A stretch of DNA of 63,996 nucleotides, the filler included, from Malassezia furfur (Eukaryota), in assembly GCA_052055015.1 (NCBI GenBank). It is 3 parts of 3 records of this genome, joined end to end, with 100 filler letters (N's around TTAATTAATTAA, not from the genome) between each part and the next. Parts side by side here need not be neighbours in the genome. Positions count along the whole stretch, not along the records: positions 23,175 to 46,226 come from JBQJIT010000153.1; positions 46,327 to 63,996 come from JBQJIT010000218.1; 1 more part is not named here. One strand, given 5' to 3'. The position numbers were made by a program, and so were the translations under genes. A model generated the notes under the pieces. It was not told the origin of the DNA, did no database searches, and saw nothing but the letters and a program-made list of their open reading frames with translations. How positions within the stretch are numbered: the first letter of the stretch is position 1; every line of letters begins with the position of its first letter. Positions 44,088 through 53,845 of the stretch are shown here, in pieces.

Positions 44088-45181
44088 CTATATGGGGGGC
44101 ACAAAGTCGTTGATGCGGTCGCGCGCATTTTGCGCGATGCATTCGGCGATCCAGCAAATCGAGCGGATCTCCTGCTCTTTGAGTTTGAGCCAGGAGTAGA
44201 AAATGCCGTACTCGAACTGGTTCATCGTCAAAAGACGGTTCACTGTGGTCAGCGTTGCATCGACGTACTCTCCACCTCCAACTCGAACATCTTGTCCTCG
44301 AGCATGTCCGCGTTCACCTGGCCGCCGGCAGACATGCTGTTTCCGTTGCTGTCCTCGAACAGGCGGCGGTATTCCGGCACAGACTCGACGATCGCCTTGA
44401 CCTGGTCGAGTTCGTCGGCCTTGGCGAGCGCATTGTTCCCCGCAGGGTAGAGCTTGCCGATTGTAGGGAAGAGACGCGCGCGCTCCGTCTTGCTCAGCGA
44501 CGTGCCGAACGAGTTGATGGTGATATTGATCGTGCGGCGGTCCGCCTCGAACGCCAGCAGCTCGCCCATGCTCTCGGCGGTCGTGGCGTTGAGCGTCTGT
44601 GTGAACTGGTAAAAGTCTTCCAGGTATGCCTTGTACAGCTTGTTGCGAATGATCTCGATGTTGAGGTCGTCCAGCTCCGACGCCGAGAGACAGTCGCGGA
44701 AGTAGGCAGAGAGCGGCGTCTCGACGAGCACGGTGCGGTACAGCTCCTCGACGCTCGTTGCGACACACAGCGCAGGCAGCGTGTCGAACCAGCCCAGCGG
44801 GTGGCACCGATCGAGCAGCTCGTGCGTGTCGCGGCCGTGGAGCGTGCCCGTAATCAGGAGGATGACGTTGTCGATCATGTACGAGTAGGTGAGATAGTCG
44901 AGAAACTTGCTCAGCGGCGACGTCGAGTTCGTCCGCAGGTACTCAAACTCGCTCACGAGCCGCTGCGTCGCGCGGTTCGCAATCGCCGATGTGCTCAGCG
45001 GAGAAGGCTCGTTCGCGAGGAAGTTGCCGTAATCCGTCGCGGAGAGCTGCATGCGCATATCGTCCAGCGTCTCGCACTGCGTCAGCGCCTGGTAGTTGGG
45101 CCCCGTGAGCATCGAGTTGCGGTACCCGCGCACGATCCCCTCTAGGAAGCCGCCATTGATGTTGAACGTGAGCGCCTCCAT
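44088..45181 (-). CDS. VMA6: V-ATPase V0 subunit d. Intron 44243-44268
   Basis: FNINGGFLEGIVRGY, LTQCETLDD, CHPLGWF, FEADRR and LKLKEQEIR..WIAECIAQ motifs. Confidence 0.95.
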
Positions 45182-45268
45182 GCTTGCCCGTCGCTCCCGG
45201 CAAGGTGGAGCGACCGCGCGCTGCCCGCCCAAGCACGTGTGCTCGGCCGAAACGCGTCGCCTCCTGCG

Positions 45269-46226
45269 ATGGTGTTCATTGTGAAGCTGCCGGCGCGCAG
45301 CGCGTCGCAGCGCCCGCTGCGTACGGACGACGGGGAGCAGGTGCCATCCGGCACAGGGGATGTACACGCGACCGAGGGCGACGTGCCGCGCGCGGCGCCG
45401 CCCGTGTCGGTCGCGACGTGGGCGCTCAACTCGGCCGCAGCGCCCGTCGCACAGACCGGCGCCGTTCCACGCGCCGCCGACGCGCCCACGACGCCGCCCA
45501 CGGCGGACAGCGCCGTGCCTAAGCGCGAAGATGCACAAGAGACGCGTGACGCGCCCGTGCAGCGCACACTGGATGTCCTCCTCGCGCCGTCGGTGCTCCG
45601 GCACCGCTACGTGCGCGGCGTCGACAAGTCGAGCATTGTCGAGCGCCCCGAGCGCATCCGTGCGGTGCTGCTGGGGATTGCGGGCGCGTTCGGCTTGTAC
45701 GACACGATGCCCAAGTCTGCCAAGGCCGAGACGCCCGACGATCTCGCCGCGATGCTGTCCGGCATGGACATGAACAAGGAGCGGCCTTCGGAGCCGCCGG
45801 CGATGCGCGTGTTTGTGAGCGGCCGGAGCGTCGCGCTCGACGACACAGAGCCCGCACTCGCCTACGTTCACGCGCATGAGCCTGCTGCGTACGACACCGC
45901 GACGCAGTACGCGCCCGGCTCCGTCGCCCACGGCACGACGCACCTGGCGCGGCTCGTGCAGCTGGGCGCGCAGGCACCGAACGCGGCGCCAGACCGCGTG
46001 CAGCACCGCGCGGCCGCGGGCTCCGACGACTCGTCGAGCGACGGCGAGGGCGATTTGCGCATGCACCCCAGCGAGGTGCCCGAGCAGCTGCCGCAGGGCG
46101 ACCTGTACCTGTGTGGGCCGCATGCGGCCGGCGCCCAAGATACCCACGACGGCGGCTCGCGCGAGGCGATCAGCCACGCGCTCGGCGCGGCGATCGATGC
46201 GGTCGACCGCGTGGTGGCCGGCGCGC
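45269..46226 (+). CDS. HOS3: Hos3-like histone deacetylase, N-terminal part, truncated by gap
   Basis: HRYVR...IVERPERIRAV and QGDLYLC...AI..ALGA..DAVDRV motifs typical of Hos3. Confidence 0.75.
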
Positions 46227-46326
46227 NNNNNNNNNNNNNNNNNNNNNNNNNNNNNNNNNNNNNNNNNNNNTTAATTAATTAANNNNNNNNNNNNNNNNNN
46301 NNNNNNNNNNNNNNNNNNNNNNNNNN
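46227..46326. other. Assembly gap / artificial contig spacer
   Basis: N-run with TTAATTAATTAA at 46271-46282. Confidence 0.97.
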
Positions 46327-47481
46327 ACGCCCGAGGTGCCGGCGCCCGGCCCTATCGGCCCCACGCCCGCAGAGCTTGCGGCGGCCGAGGCCGGTGCGCA
46401 GCAGCGCAAGCAGGAGCACGCCAAGCTCGAGCGCCGGCGTGCGATGGACATGGCGCGCGGCACGGAAAAGAGCATTTTCCACGGGACGTCGATGTACGAC
46501 TACCAAGGGCGCACCTACATGCACGTTCCCACGGATACCGACACGAACCTGCGCGGCGAGCCGGGATCGCAGCAGAGCTTTATACCCCAGACGTGCATCC
46601 ATACCTGGACCGGGCACACGAAAGCGATCAGCTCTGCACGGCTCTTCCCGCAGAGCGGGCATCTGCTGCTGAGCGGTAGCATGGATACCAAGGTGAAGCT
46701 ATGGGATGTGTACCACCAGGGCAACTGTCTGCGCACCTTCCTCGGCCACGTGAAGGGCATCCGCGATGTCCAGTTCAACGCGGACGGCACGCAGTTCCTC
46801 ACGTCGGGCTACGACGAGGTGATCAAGCTGTGGGACACCGAGACGGGTGTGTGTGTGCAGTCGATGCCGCTCGAGTGCGTCGGCAACTGCGTCGTGTATC
46901 GCCCAGGGAGCAACGACGTGTTTTTGGCCGGGACGAGCGACAAGCGCATCCTGCAGTACGATGTGCGCGCCAACCAGCTCACGCAAGAGTACAAGGAACA
47001 CCAGGGCGCGGTCAACACGGTGACCTTTACCGATGCGGACCACTTTGTCTCGACGAGCGACGACAAGTCGATGCGCGCGTGGGACTTTGATATCCCGGTG
47101 GTGACCAAGTACATTGCGGACCCGCACATGCAGTCGATGCCCGCCGTCGCGCTGTCGCCCGACGAAAAGTGGCTCGCGGCACAGTCGATGGACAACCAGG
47201 TGCTCGTGTTCAACGCCGACACCTACAAGCAGAGCAGCCGCGCGTTCAAGGGGCACAGCGTCACGGGCTTTGCGTGCCAGGTCAACTTCAGCCCGGATGG
47301 GCACTTCCTCTCGTCGGGCGACAGCCAGGGCAACGTGGTGTTCTGGGACTGGGACAAGGGCAGCCTGATCAAGCGCCTGCCGGCGCACAAGGACGCGGTG
47401 GTGTGCCACGCCTGGCTCCCGCACGAGACGTCCAAGGTCGTGACGGGCGCGTGGGACGGCCTGCTGAAGCTGTGGACATAA
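46327..47481 (+). CDS. CDC40: Pre-mRNA splicing factor Prp17/Cdc40 (WD40), 5'-truncated by gap
   Basis: FHG...YDYQGRTYMHVP, IHTWTGH, HLLLSGSMD.KVKLWDVY and W.PHETSKV motifs. Confidence 0.92.
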   Translation, partial: TPEVPAPGPIGPTPAELAAAEAGAQQRKQEHAKLERRRAMDMARGTEKSIFHGTSMYDYQGRTYMHVPTDTDTNLRGEPGSQQSFIPQTCIHTWTGHTKAISSARLFPQSGHLLLSGSMDTKVKLWDVYHQGNCLRTFLGHVKGIRDVQFNADGTQFLTSGYDEVIKLWDTETGVCVQSMPLECVGNCVVYRPGSNDVFLAGTSDKRILQYDVRANQLTQEYKEHQGAVNTVTFTDADHFVSTSDDKSMRAWDFDIPVVTKYIADPHMQSMPAVALSPDEKWLAAQSMDNQVLVFNADTYKQSSRAFKGHSVTGFACQVNFSPDGHFLSSGDSQGNVVFWDWDKGSLIKRLPAHKDAVVCHAWLPHETSKVVTGAWDGLLKLWT

Positions 47482-47495
47482 TGGCTATAGATACA

Positions 47496-48416
47496 CTACT
47501 TGCGCCGCTTCGACGCGCGCTCCTTTTCGCTACGCTGCACCATGGCCTTGGAACCTTGGGCGTTGCTCGCATGCTTGATGGCCTTGCGCACATTGAGGTT
47601 CGCGCCGTCCTTGTCGATCTTGGACAGCAGCGCGAGGTTCGACGCACGCTCGGCACGCGTGTCGATCTCGTTCGGGCGGAAGGTGCGCTTCACGCCGCGC
47701 GGCTTCGCCTCGCCCTCGAGCGTCTTGTCAAAGCGGCCCATGGACGCGGTGCTGCCCTTGGCACGCAGCACGTCGGCCTCGAGCTCGGCACGGCGCGCCG
47801 CACGCGCGGCGATGCCCGAGCCGAGCGCGCCGGCCTTTTTCGCGGGCGCCGCAGGCGCCGAGGCGGCGGCGCCCTCGGCGCGCGCCAGGTTGCGCTGGTG
47901 CTGCACCTCGTTCTTCTTGCGCGCCTCCTTGCGCTTCTTGGCGGCCTCCTTGTCCGGCCGGTAGTCGTCCTCGGCGCCGGTGGGCACCTCGACGAGCCAC
48001 TGGTTCTCCAGCGACTTGTTGGCGCCCTGGTAGCCCCAGCGCGGGACCCACTCCTTGCGCTCCTCGTCGTACACCATGCGGTCCTTGCGCTTCTTGGTGA
48101 TACCCTTTTTGCGCGCAAACTTTTCCCACTTGGTGAGCGGCTTGGGCTTGGGCAGCGGCTTCTCGCGCGGCAGCAGCGACGTGAACGGCGGCAGCGTCGC
48201 GAGCGGGCCGTACGTCGGGTTGCGCGTGATGGGCAGCTGGAAGATGGCATTCACGAGGTGCTGCGTCGCGTTGCGCGCGCGCTCCTGGAGCAGCACCTCG
48301 CGGTCCTTTTTGTATCTCTTGACATTGAGCGGGTTGTAGTCGAACGACGCCAGCAGACCGAGGTCCAGCTGCAGCGGCGTCTCGCCCATGTCCACCTCCG
48401 TGCTCACGTCCGCCAT
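47496..48416 (-). CDS. RRS1: Ribosome biogenesis regulator Rrs1
   Basis: DLGLLASFD.NP, LPREKPLPKPKPLTKWEKFA, WVPRWGY and STASMGRFD motifs. Confidence 0.93.
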   Translation of the reverse strand: MADVSTEVDMGETPLQLDLGLLASFDYNPLNVKRYKKDREVLLQERARNATQHLVNAIFQLPITRNPTYGPLATLPPFTSLLPREKPLPKPKPLTKWEKFARKKGITKKRKDRMVYDEERKEWVPRWGYQGANKSLENQWLVEVPTGAEDDYRPDKEAAKKRKEARKKNEVQHQRNLARAEGAAASAPAAPAKKAGALGSGIAARAARRAELEADVLRAKGSTASMGRFDKTLEGEAKPRGVKRTFRPNEIDTRAERASNLALLSKIDKDGANLNVRKAIKHASNAQGSKAMVQRSEKERASKRRK

Positions 48417-48498
48417 CGTGCGTGGTCGGCCAGAAAAAAGTGAAGATCACGTGCCGCCCCTCTCGCGTCCAACCTTGTTGCGAGAGCGCCCAGGCGCG

Positions 48499-50378
48499 AT
48501 GTCGGTGATGACGCGTGTAGTGCGCTTGATACAGGGTGCCGGGCGGATTCTCTCGCTGCTACAGCTGCTCTTTTTCCTGCCGCTTGCGCTAGAGCACAAC
48601 CGCGAGACGTTCTTGGCGTTCTCTGCCTCGCTCGCGGCGTTCTACTTTCTGCTGTCCACGCTGCGCTGGGTCACGCAGGGATCCAAGATGGTGTACGTGG
48701 TGAAGGCTATCTCGATGACGCAAAACATCGTCATCCCGATGCTCCTCTTCTCGTGTGCGCGGATTTACTCGCCCCTACCCTCGCAGAACGCACTTATCGA
48801 GGCGCTGCGCAAGAGCGGCAAGCATGCGTCGCCCTGGCTGCAACAGCCCGCGTCGCTCGCCAAGGCGTTCGCCTCGAGCGAGGTGCACGCGTTCCTGCTG
48901 TCCGTGCTGCCTTCCTCGTACGTGGACGGCGAAGAGGAGATCGTGTACCCCACCTGGCTGGGGCAGTCGCTCGTCCTCATCGTCGGTGCAGGGCAGTATC
49001 TCTTGTCGCAGGTGCCCGAGTGGTGGTACTCGCTGCTGCTCTATCTGTCGCCCATGTTTTCGCTGCTCGAGGGCCTCTCGAGTCTGCTCGTGATCCAGTC
49101 GTTCGCGCTCCTCTCGCGCTGGCTCATCAACGACTCGGACCGCACCAAGCGCGGCAAGTGGCAGGGCAGTGCGTTCATGCGCAAGCTGCTCTCGTTTGGC
49201 CTCGAGCCCTCCGAGGTGTGGCAGCTGCTGTTTTTGCTGTGGTCTGCGGTGGTATATGTTTTGTCGGCCGTGGCACTCTACATGTGCTTTGACAGCGCGA
49301 CCGATGGCCGCTCGATGGCGGCCGCAGCGATCGGCGCCAGCTTGGCATCCACCGTGTGGATTTCGGCGATCGCATTTGCCATCCGTAAGGCGAACGTCGT
49401 CGAGACGAGCCTGATGGTACGTGGCCCCACTTACCCCAGTTTGCCTATGTCGTGTTTAATATCTATCAGCTCAGCACCTCGCTCAAACTCGGCACCGATC
49501 CTCTGCAGATGGTGCGCAACTTCAAGGCATCGCGCATCCCCAAACAGGTGCCGCTGTTCATCGCGCAGTCGACCAGCGCCGTGCTCGACCGACTCGTGGA
49601 TGCCGTGGAGCACAGCATGTACGTGCTGTCGGCAGCGAACGAGGTGCTCCCGACGACAATCATCGTCAGCCTGGTGTACCGCCTGATGGTGCTCTACTCG
49701 GCCATCCGCGTACTTCCGCGCATGAATGCACACAGCGCCTACGACCCGCACACAGACGTGCTGCGTCAGCGGCGGAACCAGGCGTGGAGCGAGCGCAAAC
49801 TGAGCGAGGCCCAGGCAAGCACCACGCCGCAGGTCGACGCGCGCGACGCAGATACACGCGCCGCAACTGGGCGCTCCGACGGCAAGTCGGCAGCCGCGTC
49901 CACGCCCGGTGCGCCGCACGGCACCGACACCTCGGCGCCTGCGTCCGCCGATGCGGAGGCGGCGGAGAAGCCGGCCGCAGAAGCCTGTGCAGACACAAGC
50001 GCGGGCAAGCTCGAGACGCTGCTCATGAGTGCCAAGGAGCCCGGCAGCGAGACGGAGCAGGACGTCGCAGAGTATATGCAGCAGGCCAAGCCGTCGCGCG
50101 TGGATGCCGTGGAGAAGGCCGTGGAGCACGCGCTGGAGCGTGCCGAGAAAGTCGTGCAGACGAAGCTTGAGGGAGAGCCGCGTGGCTCGGCGGTGCTCAA
50201 GGTGCTGGTGACCTACTCACGGTTCCTGCTGATTGCAGTGTACAGCCACCTGCTGCTCCTCGATCAGAACCACCAGATCTACTGGCGCCTGATGACCGTC
50301 TTTTTCACGCTGGGTCTTTGGAGTGTTGAGCTGCTACTCAGCAACGAGGACTCGTATCTTGTATCGATGTACGAGTAG
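48499..50378 (+). CDS. ICE2: ER membrane protein Ice2. Intron 49417-49439
   Basis: Multi-TM protein with SPMFSLLEG, NVVETSLMFAY, SLVYRL and YSR..LIAVYSHLLLL motifs of the ICE2 family. Confidence 0.78.
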
Positions 50379-50497
50379 GCTGTACCATAGTCATACCATT
50401 CTCCACACACGGAGCGTTGGCGTGCGATGCACCGCATCGGCGGCGTCCGCAGGACGTCAAAGGGGGTGAGCATCGGGTATCTCGCTAGCGTGAACAA

Positions 50498-51281
50498 CTA
50501 CGGCACAGACGCCGAGGTCGCAAAGCGCATGGCGTGCGTGTGGATGGTGTCAAAGAGCGTGCGCATGCCATCGCTGGGTGAGTGGTGCAGACGTACCCTG
50601 ACGCGGCGCTCACGCCGACAACGTGCCAGTCCGGCTTGAGCGTTGCGGCTGTTGTGTCCTCCTCGACGAAGAGCGCCCAGCGCTTCAGGAGGGTGGTGTA
50701 GATGTGGTCCTGCACGCTTGCGCCCGACACGTGCTCGATCCCGTCGGCGGGCGTGTTGGGGTCGAGCCGGTCGAGTTGCGCTGCGACGACAAGGATCGGC
50801 AGATTACGTGCGGCTGCGTCCTGCACAAGGTGAAACAGAGCGGCACACACGGTGTCGCGGTACGCGCCCTCGGTATCGGTGGTGTTCTGTGCCCAGCGCG
50901 GCGCATCGATCACCCAAACGAGCGCGTGGGCATCCGGAAGGTACTCGTCCCACAATGAGCGCATCGAGGCGGCGCCGCCCAGGTCCCAGAAGTGCACGAT
51001 GCTGCGCTTATAGGTCACGTTGAGGACTGGGTAAGCCGTGCTGCGCGGCAAACGCACCATTCTGCCCAACGGTCGGTGCGATGCGCGCCGAGGGTCCCGG
51101 ACCTTCGCAGTAGATTTCGCGGAACTGGGTAAGCGTGGTGTCGGCGTGCCTTTTCGAGAATCCACGTTTTCCCTGCGCCCTTTAATCCGACGAGCAGCAC
51201 ATGGTACGTAGGCTTCTTGGTGATTTCCGCTGGGTGAGCCCGTGCGCACGCACCATACAGGCCAGCCAGCAGATGGTACAT
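50498..51281 (-). CDS. ARL3: Arl3/ARFRP1-like small GTPase, divergent. Introns 51230-51253, 51125-51149 (GC-AG), 51027-51057, 50574-50596
   Basis: MYHLLAGLY N-terminus, GLKGAGKT, PTVGQN, FWDLGG...RSLW..Y and VSAASGDG motifs. Confidence 0.8.
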
Positions 51282-51419
51282 GGCGCACGCGAACTTTTTC
51301 TCACGTGATGGGATGCCAATATCTCCGCCGTGATTGGACGGAAGAAAACGGGCGGGTGCAAAGCGCGTGCGGTGAGGCAAACGCCGGCCCTCTCAACCCA
51401 CGAGTGTGGTGCTTTGGGA

Positions 51420-53721
51420 ATGACGATGCTCTGCTCTCTGCGGGCTTCCGCAACGATGCCGCGTGCGCGGCTGTCCTCTGGACGTGCTGCGGCTGCCCTG
51501 AAGGCCGCCTCGATCTCTACGACTGCCGCTCGTCGCCAGGCATCGCCTGCGCCCGAGCCGCCCAAGATGGTCAAGCTGTCGATCAACGGCCAGGAAGTCG
51601 AGGTCGAGCAAGGCACTGCCATCATTCAGGCGTGTGAGAAGGTCGGAGTGCAGATCCCCCGTTTCTGCTACCACGAGCGTGTACGTTGCCTATCCCACTG
51701 ACCGCTAGCTCAACGTCGCCGGCAACTGCCGTATGTGCCTGGTCGAAAGCAAGGGTGCCCCCAAGCCGCTCGCGTCGTGCGCCTTCCCTGCGATGCCCGG
51801 CCAGCAGATCTTCACAGACACGCCGCTCGTCGCCAAGGCGCGTGAGGGTGTGATGGAGTTCCTGCTGCAGAACCACCCGCTTGACTGCCCTATCTGTGAC
51901 TGGGGTGGTGAATGCGATCTGCAGGACCAGTCGATGCGCTACGGTGCGGACCGTTCGCGCTACCACGAGGTCGCCGGCAAGCGTGCGGTTGAGGACAAGT
52001 ACTTTGGCCCGCTTGTCAAGACGGTCATGACGCGCTGCATTCAGTGCACGCGCTGCGTCCGCTACGCCAACGAGGTCGCTGGCGTGCAGGACCTCGGCAC
52101 GACCGGCCGTGGCAACCAGATGCAGATCGGCATGTACGTCGAAAAGATGCTCGACTCGGAGATGTCGGGCAACATTGTTGACCTGTGCCCCGTCGGTGCG
52201 CTGACGTCGCGCCCCCAGGCGTTCCACGGCCGCCCGTGGGAGCTGCGCAAGTTTGAGTCGGTCGATGTGCTGGATGCGGTCGGCAGCAACATCCGTGTGG
52301 ATGCGCGTGACCTGCAGGTGATGCGTGTGCTGCCGCGCACCAACGACGACGTGAACGAGGAGTGGATCAACGACAAGACGCGCTACGCCGTCGACGGTCT
52401 CAAGTACCAGCGCCTTACCACCCCGCTGATCCGCCAGGGTGACCGCTTCGTGCCCGCGTCGTGGCCCGAGGCGATGCGCACCATCGCCGAGGGCCTCGCG
52501 CAGAGCGGCGCGCAGGGCGACGAGATCCAGGGTGTCGCCGGTGCGCTCGCCGACGCCGAGTCGCTCGTGGCGCTCAAGGACCTCGTCAACCGCCTTGGCT
52601 CGGACAACCTCGTGACCGATGAGCCGCTCGGCAACGAGGCGCCCGTGAACGGTGTCGACTTCCGCTCGAACTACACGTTCAACTCGGAGATCCGCGGCCT
52701 GGACGAGGCCGACTACGTGATTCTGATCGGCACGAACCCCCGCCATGAGGCGACGATCATCAACGCCCGCATCCGCAAGAACTACCTGCGCCGCTTCCAG
52801 GACATTGCCCTGATCGGCGAGCCCGTGGACCTCACGTACGAGTACGAGCACCTCGGCACGGACCTCAAGGCCGTCGAGGAGCTCGCGGCGGGCCGCGGCA
52901 AGGGCGCCGAGCGCCTCAAGTCTGCGCAGAAGCCGCTCGTGATCGTGGGCAGTGGCGTGGCGGACCACCCCGACGGCGCGGCGGTGCTCAAGAACGTCGC
53001 CAAGCTGATCGAGTCGAACAAGGGCAAGTTCCTCACGCCCGAGTGGAACGGCTTCAACTTCTTGCAGCGTGCGGCGTCGCGTGTGGCCTCGCGCGACATG
53101 GGCTACACGGGCCGCACCGACATCACCGCGACGCCCAAGTTTGTCTACCTGCTGAACGCCGATGACATCACGGCGCAGCGCATTCCGCAGGACGCGTTTG
53201 TGGTGTATCAGGGCCACCACGGCGACGTTGGCGCGCAGTTCGCGGACGTGTGTCTGCCCGGCCTGGCCTACACGGAAAAGAGCACGACCTACGTCAACAC
53301 CGAGGGCCGTGCGCAGCTCACGCGCGCAGCGGTGAGCGGCGCCGGCGCGGCGCGGGAGGACTGGAAGATCCTGCGTGCGCTCTCCGAGGTGATGGGCGTT
53401 ACGCTGCCCTACGACGACGTGACGGCGGTGCGCCACCGCCTGTTTGATATCTCGCCGACGCTCGTGCGCTACGACACCGTGGAGCGCACCTCGGACGCGG
53501 TGGCGGCCATGGGTCTGGCGCAACTCGCCTCGGCGCCCTCGGCGCCTTCGCTGAACACGCCGCTGCTGCGGCCCATCGAGAACTTCTACCAGACCGACCC
53601 CATCTCGCGGGCATCGCCGACGATGGCCAAGTGCGTGCAGGCGTTCGTGTACAAGATCCCCTCGCGCTACGAGCAGCTCGCCGATGCGATTGGTCCGGAC
53701 GCCGTTGTGGCGCACCCGTAG
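51420..53721 (+). CDS. NDUFS1: NADH:ubiquinone oxidoreductase 75 kDa subunit. Intron 51681-51708
   Basis: [50 protein letters not shown] and DLCPVGAL motifs. Confidence 0.96.
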
Positions 53722-53845
53722 ACGCCCACGTGGCTTATGCAGGTATTTTTGATCTCCACCTAGTGCGTAGGCACGGCATCGTTTCGCCGCTGCCCCCCAG
53801 AGCCTGGCATTCAGCGCGAGGGGATGGGTAGCTGCGGTTAGCACA

